Positions 16,804-25,396 of a stretch of DNA of 44,864 nucleotides are shown here, in pieces; within the stretch, counting starts at the first letter, position 1; each line of letters starts with the position of its first letter. The position numbers were made by a program, and so were the translations under genes. Source of the stretch: Clostridia bacterium (GTDB taxonomy: Bacteria; Bacillota; Clostridia; Christensenellales; Aristaeellaceae); assembly GCA_036834245.1 (NCBI GenBank), contig DAITOE010000001.1, positions 1-44,864 on the forward strand. Direction: 5' to 3'. The notes below the pieces were generated by a model that ran no database searches, was not told where the DNA came from, and was given only the letters and a program-made list of their open reading frames with translations.

Positions 16804-18237
16804 ATGAAGAAACTCGTAACCCTGCTTGTGGCTTTGTCGATGCTTTTGGGCATCATGGGCCTGGCAAGCGCCGAGGAAGCTGCCTACGACCTGGGCGGCA
16901 ACACCGTGAAGGTACGCCTGTGGGACAGCCCCAACCCCTACGCGGAAGACGTGTCCGAGGTGGACAAGGAAAAATGGCTGCCCATCTACGAGGGGCTCAA
17001 GGAAAAATACAACGTCAATTTTGAGTTCTACACCACCACCACCGAGTGGGGCGAGATGCCCAACGAATGGATCATGTCCGTGGCGTCCGGCACCCCCGCC
17101 TGGCACATCACCAACAACTTCTCCGTCATGTGGCTGCCCCAGATGGTGGCCAACAAGGCGGTGGCCGATGTGAAGGCAGGTGTGGACACCCTGGACATCC
17201 CCCAGGGCTTGAAGGAACTGGCGGTGTTCTCCGGCGTCACCGCCGGCTTCAACACCGGCTATCCCGGCACCGAGGTGCTCACCTTCAACCGCAAGATGAT
17301 CAAGGATGCGGGCATGGAGTATGACCCGGGCGAGATGTTCAAGATGGGCAAGTGGAGCTATGACGACTTCTATGCCTACATGACCGAATTGCAGAGCAAG
17401 CTGCCCGAAGACACCTATGCCTTCTTCATCGACCCCTACTACTGGGCCATCTTTGCACCTCCCGGCAACAACACCATGATGGTCAACACCGACTTCACCG
17501 TCAACATGGCCACCGACCCCTACATCGAGTCCTTTGAAGCCCTGAAGAAGCTCTTCGATGCCAAGGTGGTCCGTCCCGCCAACACCAACGACGCCGGCGA
17601 CCCCGACTACTGGGGCACCCCCGCCGCCACCTTTGACCAGGGCGTGGAAGTGGCCATGACCCACCGGGCCATGTGGCAGGTGGGCACCCTGAACTCGAAC
17701 CAGCTGGACTGGGGCATCGTGCCCTATCCCTGGGGCAGCAGCGTGAAGCTGGGCACCGAGGGCGACTACACCACCCTGTCTGAGGAATACCACACCGCCT
17801 ACTACGACATGGGCGTCATGGGCGTGATGCTGGAAGGCGTAGAGAAGGACTTCCCCGGCCTGGAGAAGGACTATGTCATCAAGGCCCTCACCAACCTGAC
17901 CTATGACCTGTTTGTGGACGACGAGGCCAAGGAGCGCCTGGCCAAGGAAGCGGCCGAGCCCGCCCAGGACGATGAGGAGATCGACATCGGCTCCTTCCAG
18001 GACGAGCTCTCTGCCGAGCTGTATGCCTGGATGAACAAGCGCGTCCTCTTCAACCCCCTGCCTGCCATCGGCGGCCTGAACCTGTGGGTGTCCTCCTCCT
18101 TTGACGAGGAGCGCCAGGTGGGCATGGGCGGCATCAACCGCATCATCTACGACAAGAACCTCCCCATCCGCGCCACCTTCGAGGCGGCCGCTGTGGAGCT
18201 GGAGACTGCCTTTAAGGATGCAGGCTTCCTGAAATAA
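16804..18237 (+). CDS. Extracellular solute-binding protein (carbohydrate ABC, family 1-like), monocistronic
   Basis: 477 aa with an AAAGGAGG RBS and signal peptide MKKLVTLLVALSMLLGIMGLASAEE. It has its own promoter and terminator. Confidence 0.7.
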   Translation: MKKLVTLLVALSMLLGIMGLASAEEAAYDLGGNTVKVRLWDSPNPYAEDVSEVDKEKWLPIYEGLKEKYNVNFEFYTTTTEWGEMPNEWIMSVASGTPAWHITNNFSVMWLPQMVANKAVADVKAGVDTLDIPQGLKELAVFSGVTAGFNTGYPGTEVLTFNRKMIKDAGMEYDPGEMFKMGKWSYDDFYAYMTELQSKLPEDTYAFFIDPYYWAIFAPPGNNTMMVNTDFTVNMATDPYIESFEALKKLFDAKVVRPANTNDAGDPDYWGTPAATFDQGVEVAMTHRAMWQVGTLNSNQLDWGIVPYPWGSSVKLGTEGDYTTLSEEYHTAYYDMGVMGVMLEGVEKDFPGLEKDYVIKALTNLTYDLFVDDEAKERLAKEAAEPAQDDEEIDIGSFQDELSAELYAWMNKRVLFNPLPAIGGLNLWVSSSFDEERQVGMGGINRIIYDKNLPIRATFEAAAVELETAFKDAGFLK

Positions 18238-18263
18238 TTCAACACACCAAACCAACAAGGGGG

Positions 18264-18285
18264 GGCTGCCGCTGCTGCGGCAGCC
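18264..18285 (+). terminator. Intrinsic terminator after the 16804 gene (GGCTGCCGC-tgct-GCGGCAGCC then TCCTTTTG)
   Basis: A perfect 9-bp GC-rich stem followed by a T-rich tract, 27 nt after the stop codon. Confidence 0.65.
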
Positions 18286-18503
18286 TCCTTTTGCTGTACC
18301 CGCCGGGTGTTTGACTGGCAAAAAAACGGGGATATACCAAGAATTGGAGGCTGCGGAAGCAGCTGTAACAGGGGCTGCAGGCGGGGGGCGCGGCCTTGCG
18401 CCACCGGGTCAAATCTGTTACAATTCAAACAATTCACAACGAAAACCCATGCTGTGTCTGGCGGACTCTGTCCGCTCCTTGACTGTATGATCTGGGGTAA
18501 CAC

Positions 18504-21389
18504 ATGAAGAGATTGCTGCTATTGTTCATAGCCCTGTGCCTGGTCTGCGGGTGTGTCACCGCGCTTGCCCAGAGCAAAACGGTGCCCCCCTACCGGGACA
18601 CCCTGTTCCGCTTTGCGGAACTGCCCCGCAACCAGCCGGAGGTCACCATCGCCGCCAGGGACTACCTGGATGCTGACATGGCGGACCTGAAAGTGCTGGC
18701 GGATGGCAGCCTGTTTACCGGGGATGCGGGCCAGGTGGATTTCCTGGTGGAGGTGCCGGAAACCGCCCTGTACACCATCCACGTCACCTACCAGCCGGTG
18801 CCCAGCATGGGGGGCGACATCCAGCGGGCCATCCTCATCAACGGAAGCCTGCCCTTCTCTGAGGCCGGGGAAATCGTCTTCTCCCGCCAGTGGGGGGACA
18901 TCAGCCAGGACTATAAGCAGGTGGCGGGCAACCAGCCCTTCCCCTCCCAGGTGGAAACCCCCGCCTTTGCCACCGTCCCCCTGAAGGACGCCATGGGCTA
19001 CGAGGTGGAGCCCCTGCTGTTCCGCTTTGAACAGGGCAGCAACATCCTGTCCTTCAAGTCCCTGCGCCAGGCCATGCTCATCCGCGACATCACTTTGGGC
19101 CAGGCCCGGCAGCTGCCGGACTACGACACCTACCTGCAGGGCCACCTGGAAGCAGGCGCCCGGGAATATGCCGGGGCGCCGGTGAAAATCCAGGCGGAGG
19201 ATGCCATTCTCAAATCCAGCCCCAGCTTCTACCCCGTCAACGACCGCACCTCCCCCCTGACGGAGCCCTACCACCCCAGCTACATCGTCCTCAACACCAT
19301 CGGCGGCACCGCCTGGAACGAGCCGGGGGAGTGGATCACCTGGGAGGTGGAAGTGCCGGAGGACGGCCTCTACCGCATTGTCACCCGCTTCAGCCAGTCG
19401 GAGATGCGGGGCCTGTACGCCGCCCGGCAGCTGTCCATCAACGGGGAGATTCCCTTCAAAGAGGCGGCGGACCTGCGCTTTTACCACGGCACGGGCTTTC
19501 AGCTGCAGCCCCTGGGGGCCCACCGGGCCGACCCCGCCCGGGCGGAGGACACCGCGGCCTATTGGTTTTATTTCACAAAGGGCACCCACCGGCTGACCCT
19601 GGAAATGTCCCTGGGGGAATTGGGCCAGGTGCTTAGGAAACTGGAGCAGGTCATCGGCCAGCTCAACAGCCTCTACCGCCAGATTGTGTCCATCACCGGC
19701 TCCGTGCCCGATGTCTACCGGGACTACCTGCTCTACACCCGGGTGCCCGGCCTGGCCCGGCAGACGGAGGAGCGCCTCATCGACCTGCGCGCCCTGAAGG
19801 ACGAGCTGCTGGCCCTCACCGGCCAGAGCAGCGAATACACCGCCGGCCTCACCCGCCTCATCGCCACCATGGAGGCCTTTGACAACGACAGCGAGGAGGT
19901 GGTGAAGCGGCTTTCCCCCATGAAGGAGTCCATCTCCGCCGTGGGCAAGGCCCTGCTGGACATGAAAAACCAGCCCCTGAAACTGGACTACCTCCTCCTG
20001 GCCGGGGAGGACCTGGGGGGCGCCCGGGCGGAAGGGAATGTCCTGGAGAAAGCCCTGCACACCGTCCTGTCCTTTGCCGGCTCCTTCAGCAATGATTATT
20101 CCGTGGCCGGGGCCCTCACCGAAGACACCAGCAAGGAGCTGGAGGTGTGGCTGTCCACCGGCCGGGACCAGTACGACGTCATCCGCCGGCTGGTGAACGA
20201 GTCCTATGAAAACCAGTACGGCACCAAGGTGAACATCAAATTGATCAGCCCGGATGTGATGCTGCCCAGCATCATGACCGGCCGGGGCCCGGACCTCACC
20301 ATCCAGATTGCCAACACCGCGCCGGTGAACTTCGCCTTCCGGGGCGCCGCCCTGGACCTGACGGAGTTCCCGGATTATGAGGAGGTGGCTGCCGCCTTCC
20401 TCCCCGCCGCCATGACCTCCTTCCTCTACCAGGACGGGGTCTATGCCCTGCCGGACCAGATGTCCTTCCCGGTGATGTACTACCGCAGCGACATCCTGGA
20501 TGCCCTGGGCCTTGACATCCCCGAAACCTGGGAGGACCTGGTGGCCCTGATCCCCCAGTTGCAGCGCAACAACATGGAGATCTACCTGGACACCGCCCCC
20601 CCGGCCAGCCTGGGCACCGCGGTGTCCATGGGCAGCGGCAAGCCGGTGAACACCATCTTCCTCTCCCGCCTGTTCCAGACCGGGGGGGAACTGTATCAGC
20701 CGGACGGCCGCGCCAGCGACCTGAACACCGCAGCAGCCTACGAGGCCTTCAAGTTCTGGACCCAGTTCTACACCCAGCACGGCTTCCCCCTGGAGATGGA
20801 CTTCGTCACCCGCTTCCGCATTGGCGAGGTGCCCCTGGGCATTGTGGATTTGTCCACCTACACCCGCCTGGCGGTGTCGGCACCGGAGATCAAGGGGGCC
20901 TGGAGCATCGCCCAGGTGCCCGGCACCCGGGATGAAGAAGGCCGCCTGGTCCGGGCGGTGCCCGCGGTGACCGGCGCCTGCATGATCGTCAAAAACAGCG
21001 TGGAAGCCCGGGACCGCAAGCAGGAGGCCTGGGACTTCCTCAAGTGGTGGACCAGCGCCCAGACCCAATTGCACTATGCCCGGGAGATGGAAACCGTCCT
21101 GGGCCAGGCCGGCCGCTACCTGGTGGCCAACCTGCAGGCCTTTGACACCGTGGCCTGGCCGCCCCAGGTGACCCCGGTTTTGAAAGCCACCCTGCCCACT
21201 TTGAGGGGCATCCCCCAGGTGCCCGGGGGCTATATCACCGGGCGCTACCTGGACAACGCCTTTGTCACCGTCATCACCAAGTATGAAAACACCTCTGACA
21301 CCCTGTATGACATGACCCGGCTGATTGACGAGGAAATTGCCGCCAAGCGGGCGGAGTTCCATCTGGATGAGGAAGGGGTGAAGAAATGA
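18504..21389 (+). CDS. Giant (961 aa) secreted protein: two tandem CBM-like beta-sandwich modules + helical linker + C-terminal ABC solute-binding domain
   Basis: The signal peptide is MKRLLLLFIALCLVCGCVTALAQS. There is an internal duplication (FLVEVPETALYTIHV..RAILINGSLPFSEAGEI versus WEVEVPEDGLYRIVT..RQLSINGEIPFKEAADL). The C-terminal about 420 aa look like SBP family 1 (KELEVWLSTGRDQYDVIRRLVNESYENQYGTKVNIKL). Confidence 0.75.
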   Translation: MKRLLLLFIALCLVCGCVTALAQSKTVPPYRDTLFRFAELPRNQPEVTIAARDYLDADMADLKVLADGSLFTGDAGQVDFLVEVPETALYTIHVTYQPVPSMGGDIQRAILINGSLPFSEAGEIVFSRQWGDISQDYKQVAGNQPFPSQVETPAFATVPLKDAMGYEVEPLLFRFEQGSNILSFKSLRQAMLIRDITLGQARQLPDYDTYLQGHLEAGAREYAGAPVKIQAEDAILKSSPSFYPVNDRTSPLTEPYHPSYIVLNTIGGTAWNEPGEWITWEVEVPEDGLYRIVTRFSQSEMRGLYAARQLSINGEIPFKEAADLRFYHGTGFQLQPLGAHRADPARAEDTAAYWFYFTKGTHRLTLEMSLGELGQVLRKLEQVIGQLNSLYRQIVSITGSVPDVYRDYLLYTRVPGLARQTEERLIDLRALKDELLALTGQSSEYTAGLTRLIATMEAFDNDSEEVVKRLSPMKESISAVGKALLDMKNQPLKLDYLLLAGEDLGGARAEGNVLEKALHTVLSFAGSFSNDYSVAGALTEDTSKELEVWLSTGRDQYDVIRRLVNESYENQYGTKVNIKLISPDVMLPSIMTGRGPDLTIQIANTAPVNFAFRGAALDLTEFPDYEEVAAAFLPAAMTSFLYQDGVYALPDQMSFPVMYYRSDILDALGLDIPETWEDLVALIPQLQRNNMEIYLDTAPPASLGTAVSMGSGKPVNTIFLSRLFQTGGELYQPDGRASDLNTAAAYEAFKFWTQFYTQHGFPLEMDFVTRFRIGEVPLGIVDLSTYTRLAVSAPEIKGAWSIAQVPGTRDEEGRLVRAVPAVTGACMIVKNSVEARDRKQEAWDFLKWWTSAQTQLHYAREMETVLGQAGRYLVANLQAFDTVAWPPQVTPVLKATLPTLRGIPQVPGGYITGRYLDNAFVTVITKYENTSDTLYDMTRLIDEEIAAKRAEFHLDEEGVKK

Positions 21390-22327
21390 GCCAGCGCGTC
21401 ATGAAGCGCCCGGCGCCCGCCGGCATCACCCGGTGGCAGTACCAGCGCCAGGTGATGAGAAAATCCCGCCAATTGTACCTGATGCTGACGCCCTACATGC
21501 TGTTTTTTGGACTGTTCACGGTGATCCCGGTGTTCATGTCCATCTATTACAGCTTCACCCGGTTTGACCTCCTGCAGCCGGCGCAGTTTGTGGGCTTCTC
21601 CAACTACATGCGCCTCTTCCTGGACGACCCCATCTTCCTAAAGGCCGTCCAGAACACCTTCATCCTGGCCATGATCATCGGCCCCTTCGGCTATATCTTC
21701 TCCTTCCTCATGGCCTGGCTCATCAACGAGCTGCCGGCCAAGTTAAGGGCGGTGTTGACGGTGATCTTCTACGCCCCCTCCATCTCCGGCAATGCCTATA
21801 TGATTTTCGCCATGCTCTTTTCCGGGGATGCCTACGGCTATATCAACGCCTACCTCCTCAACTGGGGCATCATCACCGGGCCCATCCTCTTCCTCAGGGA
21901 TGAGCGCTACATGATGCTCATCGTCATCCTGGTGTCCCTGTGGATGAGCCTGGGTGTGGGCTTCCTGTCCTTCATCGCAGGCCTTCAGGGGGTGGATAAG
22001 GCCCAGTACGAGGCGGCGGAGATTGACGGCATCAAAAACCGCTGGCAGGAATTGTGGTACATCACCCTGCCCAACATGCGGCCCCAGCTGCTCTTTGGCG
22101 CGGTGATGGCGGTGACGGGCTCCCTGTCGGTGGCGGATGTCACCGTGGCCCTAAACGGCTTCCCCTCCACCAACTACGCCACCCACACCATCATCAACCA
22201 CCTAAACGACTACGGGGTCATCCGCCTGGAGATGGGCTACGCCTGCGCCATTGCGGTGCTGCTGTTCTTCATCATGCTGGGGCTGAACCAGCTGATCCAG
22301 CGGCTGCTCAGAAAGGTGGGCACCTGA
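21386..22327 (+). CDS. Carbohydrate ABC transporter permease (MalF-like), pair 1
   Basis: 313 aa with an ATGA overlap with the upstream stop. It is multi-TM and its EAA loop is YEAAEIDGIKNRWQELWYITLPNMRP. Confidence 0.85.
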   Translation: MSQRVMKRPAPAGITRWQYQRQVMRKSRQLYLMLTPYMLFFGLFTVIPVFMSIYYSFTRFDLLQPAQFVGFSNYMRLFLDDPIFLKAVQNTFILAMIIGPFGYIFSFLMAWLINELPAKLRAVLTVIFYAPSISGNAYMIFAMLFSGDAYGYINAYLLNWGIITGPILFLRDERYMMLIVILVSLWMSLGVGFLSFIAGLQGVDKAQYEAAEIDGIKNRWQELWYITLPNMRPQLLFGAVMAVTGSLSVADVTVALNGFPSTNYATHTIINHLNDYGVIRLEMGYACAIAVLLFFIMLGLNQLIQRLLRKVGT

Positions 22328-23277
22328 TGGACAGAAAGCTGACCCGCAAGGAGCGCCAGTTCCAGAAAATGCTGGCGGCCACCCAGCAAAAACCTAAACG
22401 GCTGCCCAGAACGGCCCTGGGCCGCTTCCTCACCAGCCACAAGTCCAACCGCTCGGTGGGGGGCAGCCTCACCCTGCTGGCCTTCCTCTTCGCCTTTGCC
22501 CTGTTGAGCCTCTTCCCGGTGGTGTTCATGGTGTCAAACGCCTTCAAGCCCTTAAACGAGCTGTTCATCTTCCCGCCCAAGCTCTTTGTGATGCAGCCCA
22601 CCACCGCCAATTTTTCGGACCTCTTTGGCCTCTTGGCCAATTCCCTGGTGCCCTTCCTGCGGTATTTGTTCAACACCCTCTTCATCGTTGTGCTGGGCAG
22701 CGTGGGCCATGTGCTGCTGTCCTCCATGGCGGCCTTCCCCCTGGCCAAGTTCAACTTCCCCGGGGTGAAGCTCTTAAACCGCATGATCCTGCTGGCCCTG
22801 ATGTTTAGTACCGCTGTCACCGCGGTGCCCAACTTCATGATGCTCAGCTGGCTGCGGCTCATCGACACCTACTGGGCGGTGATCCTGCCCTCCCTGGCCC
22901 TGTCCGTGGGCCTCTTCCTGATGAAAAACTTCATGGAGCAGGTGCCCGACGCCCTGATTGACGCCGCCAGCATCGACGGCTGCAGCTATTTCACCATGCT
23001 GTGGAAGATTGTGATGCCGGCGGTGAAGCCCGCCTGGATCACCCTGTTCATCATCTCCTTCCAGGGCCTCTGGGGGGCCACCGGCGGCAGCTTCCTGTAC
23101 AAGGAAAACATCAAGCCCCTCTCCGCCATGCTGGGGCAGATTGCCGGCGGCGGCGTGGGCCGCACCGGTGTGGTGGCCGCCATCAGTCTGATGATGTTCA
23201 TGGTGCCCGTCACCATCTTCATCATCTCCCAGAGCAACGTGCTGGAAACCATGACCACTTCCGGCATCAAGGAATAA
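22327..23277 (+). CDS. Carbohydrate ABC transporter permease (MalG-like), pair 1, with about 50-aa basic N-terminal tail
   Basis: The start MDRKLTRKERQFQK at 22327 overlaps the upstream TGA (TGATG). The EAA loop is IDAASIDGCSYFTMLWKIVMPAVKP. The track ORF extension (22054-22326) is an overlap artefact. Confidence 0.85.
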   Translation: MDRKLTRKERQFQKMLAATQQKPKRLPRTALGRFLTSHKSNRSVGGSLTLLAFLFAFALLSLFPVVFMVSNAFKPLNELFIFPPKLFVMQPTTANFSDLFGLLANSLVPFLRYLFNTLFIVVLGSVGHVLLSSMAAFPLAKFNFPGVKLLNRMILLALMFSTAVTAVPNFMMLSWLRLIDTYWAVILPSLALSVGLFLMKNFMEQVPDALIDAASIDGCSYFTMLWKIVMPAVKPAWITLFIISFQGLWGATGGSFLYKENIKPLSAMLGQIAGGGVGRTGVVAAISLMMFMVPVTIFIISQSNVLETMTTSGIKE

Positions 23278-23289
23278 GGGGGTGACGGC

Positions 23290-24732
23290 ATGAAAAAAAG
23301 AACCTGGCTCCTCATGGTCTGCGCCCTGTTGCTGATAGCCAGCCTGCAGGCAACAGCTGAGCAGGGCAGCGCCAACTACCTGTATTCCCCCCACAAGGAG
23401 CTGCTGCCCGTGCCCCCGGCCTATGTGTGGGAGCGCTCCTTAACCGCCAGCCGCCTGCCCGGGGTGGACAACCTGGCCAATCTCAGTGACGCCACGGTGA
23501 AGGACGGCAGAATCTACGTCCTCTGCCAGGACAAGCTGCTGGTCTTTGACGAGGACTTTGGCCTCATCTCCCTGGTCCTGGCCTACCAGGAAGAGGGGGA
23601 GAGCCAGATGCTCGCCGGCTGCACCGGGCTGTTTGTGAACCCGGATGACAGCCTCTACATCACCCAGGCCGAGCAGGCCCGGATCTTGCACTTAAACCCG
23701 GACTTCACCCTGAAACGGGTGCTGGAGCGGCCCCGGATTGACGGCTTTGAAAACGTCAACTACCGCCCCACCAAGCTGGTGGCGGACGAGGCCGGCCGCC
23801 TGTACGTGGTGGCCAAGGGCATGTACGAGGGCATCGTGGAACTGCAGCAGGACGGCAGCTTCTCCCGCTTTTACGGGGTCAACGAGGTGCGCTTCAACGC
23901 GGCGGACCTGCTCTGGCGCCGCCTGGCCACCAAGGAGCAGCGGGCCCGGCAGCAGCTGTGGCTGCCCACGGACTTCACCAACGTGGCCATCGACAAGGAC
24001 GGCTTCATCTTCGCCACCATTATGGAATCCCGGGGCCAGCTGATCAAGCGCCTAAACGCCAAGGGGCAGAACATCCTGCGCACCGGCGCCCAGGTGGACT
24101 ACCCCGGCGGGGACATGCGGGTGAACCAGGCCGGCTACGGCATCCCCACCGGCCCCTCCCAGTTCATTGCGGTGGACGTCAACGACTACGGCGTCTTCAT
24201 CCTGCTGGACAGCACCAGAAGCCGCCTCTTCGCCTACAACGAGGACGGCAGGCTGCTGTACACCCTGGGGGGCCAGGGGGACAGGCGGGGCTATTTCCGC
24301 AGCCCTGTGGACGTGGACTTCCTGGGGGACCGCATCGTGGTGCTGGACCAATTGGCCCAGTCCATCGAGATTTTTGCCCCCACCGACTACGGCCGGGCCC
24401 TGAACCTGGCGGTGGCGCACCAGCACTTCAACCGCTTTGAAGAGGCGGCGGAGGCCTGGCGGGTAGCCCTCGGGTACAACCACAACCTCACCCTGGCCTA
24501 TTCCGGCATCGGCCGCTCCCTGCTGCGGGAGGGCAAATACGAGGAGGCCCTGAACTACCTCCAGCGGGGGGACGACCGGGAGTATTACTCCAAGGCCTAC
24601 GCCCAGGTGCGCAACGACTACCTGAAAACCCATTTTGACATCATCGTCCTGGGGCTCCTGGCGGTGATCATCCTGCCCCTGGTGGCAGTGAAGCTGCTGC
24701 GCCGCAGGTCGCGCAAGGAGGTGCAGGCATGA
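23290..24732 (+). CDS. Membrane-anchored extracytoplasmic protein: signal peptide, about 6-bladed NHL-like beta-propeller, TPR-like helical region, C-terminal TM anchor
   Basis: The signal peptide is MKKRTWLLMVCALLLIASLQATA. Six blade-like repeats are visible (DGRIYVLCQDKLLVFD, DSLYITQAEQARILHLN, AGRLYVVAKGMYEGIVEL, DGFIFATIMESRGQLIKRL, YGVFILLDSTRSRLFAYN, GDRIVVLDQLAQSIEIFA). Helical repeats include EEAAEAWRVALGYN and GKYEEALNYLQRG. The anchor is IIVLGLLAVIILPLVAVKLLRRRSRK. Confidence 0.6.
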   Translation: MKKRTWLLMVCALLLIASLQATAEQGSANYLYSPHKELLPVPPAYVWERSLTASRLPGVDNLANLSDATVKDGRIYVLCQDKLLVFDEDFGLISLVLAYQEEGESQMLAGCTGLFVNPDDSLYITQAEQARILHLNPDFTLKRVLERPRIDGFENVNYRPTKLVADEAGRLYVVAKGMYEGIVELQQDGSFSRFYGVNEVRFNAADLLWRRLATKEQRARQQLWLPTDFTNVAIDKDGFIFATIMESRGQLIKRLNAKGQNILRTGAQVDYPGGDMRVNQAGYGIPTGPSQFIAVDVNDYGVFILLDSTRSRLFAYNEDGRLLYTLGGQGDRRGYFRSPVDVDFLGDRIVVLDQLAQSIEIFAPTDYGRALNLAVAHQHFNRFEEAAEAWRVALGYNHNLTLAYSGIGRSLLREGKYEEALNYLQRGDDREYYSKAYAQVRNDYLKTHFDIIVLGLLAVIILPLVAVKLLRRRSRKEVQA

Positions 24733-25382
24733 CCAGTTTTGCAAAAAGCGGGACCCGTTTTGTGGACACCTTCTGGCGCTTCCCCTTCAGCATCCTGGGC
24801 AGGCCCTTCAAGGGCTTTGACGAGATGAAATGGGGGGGCAAGGGCCGGTACAGCTTTGCCATCTTCGTCCTGGTCTTTGCCTGCCTGCTGTCGGTGGCCG
24901 AGTTTGTCTACACGGGCTTTCTCATCAACACCGGCAACCCCTACCTGTTCAACTCCCTCTTCCTGGCCCTGGGCACCGCCTTCCCGGTGATGCTGTTTGT
25001 CACCGCCAACTGGTCCATCACCACCCTGCTGGACGGCAAGGGCCGCTACGGCGAAATCTTCCAGGCCACCATGTACGCCATGTTCCCCATGACCATCCTG
25101 CGCCTGCTGGCCCTGATTTTAAGCCGGGTGCTGACCCTGGAGGAAATGACGGTGGTCACCACCCTGCGCACCCTGGGTGGGGTCATCTTCTTCCTCTACC
25201 TCTTCATCGCCCTGGTGGTGGTGCACGAGTACACCTTCGGCAAGGCCCTGGGCAGCCTGCTGCTCACCGTGGCCAGCATGATGGTGATCACTTTCGTATT
25301 GATGCTGTTCTTCGCCCTGGTGGCGGATGTGGCGGATTTCTTCCGCATCATCACCAAGGAAATCATCTTCAAGTATTTTTAG
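24729..25382 (+). CDS. Yip1-family integral membrane protein (about 5 TM)
   Basis: 217 aa with an ATGA overlap with the upstream gene. It has five hydrophobic segments. The FDEMKWGGKG...SFAIFVLVFACLL and ANWSITTLLDGKGRYGEIFQATMYAMFP pattern is typical of bacterial Yip1-domain proteins. The family call is from memory. Confidence 0.6.
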   Translation: MTSFAKSGTRFVDTFWRFPFSILGRPFKGFDEMKWGGKGRYSFAIFVLVFACLLSVAEFVYTGFLINTGNPYLFNSLFLALGTAFPVMLFVTANWSITTLLDGKGRYGEIFQATMYAMFPMTILRLLALILSRVLTLEEMTVVTTLRTLGGVIFFLYLFIALVVVHEYTFGKALGSLLLTVASMMVITFVLMLFFALVADVADFFRIITKEIIFKYF

Positions 25383-25396
25383 AAAGGGGTGTCCGC

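Noticed and set aside
16723-18321. 532-aa minus-strand ORF opposite the 16804 binding-protein gene
   Set aside because: It is an antisense shadow frame with low-complexity G/V/H/A composition and no RBS. The plus strand has a promoter, RBS, signal peptide and terminator.
18307-18507. 66-aa Cys-rich ORF (GGCGSSCNRGCRRGARPC...) whose stop overlaps the ATG of the giant operon; considered as a RiPP precursor or regulatory uORF
   Set aside because: It has a GTG start with no RBS and begins inside the upstream terminator tail. The Cys codons come from GC-rich hairpin-forming sequence (TGC/GCA repeats), and there are no maturation enzymes nearby. It is probably non-coding leader. Ribosome profiling could revive it.
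18519-21362. 947-aa minus-strand ORF, the longest ORF on that strand in the track
   Set aside because: It is the exact antisense shadow of the 961-aa plus-strand gene. Its composition is Gly/Ala/Pro/Val/His/Gln-rich low complexity with no motifs. The plus-strand frame has a signal peptide and a clear solute-binding domain. Long stop-free antisense frames are expected at this GC content.
24830-25396. N-terminal 189-codon extension of the track ORF 24830-27859 (would give a 1009-aa protein)
   Set aside because: The extension overlaps the Yip1 gene in another frame and is Pro/Gly/His-rich. A canonical signal peptide begins at the internal ATG at 25397, just after the Yip1 stop. The same logic was applied to the track extensions at 4812, 7399, 22054, 31659, 13306-13431, 31561-31677, 42541-42624 and 44510-44608.
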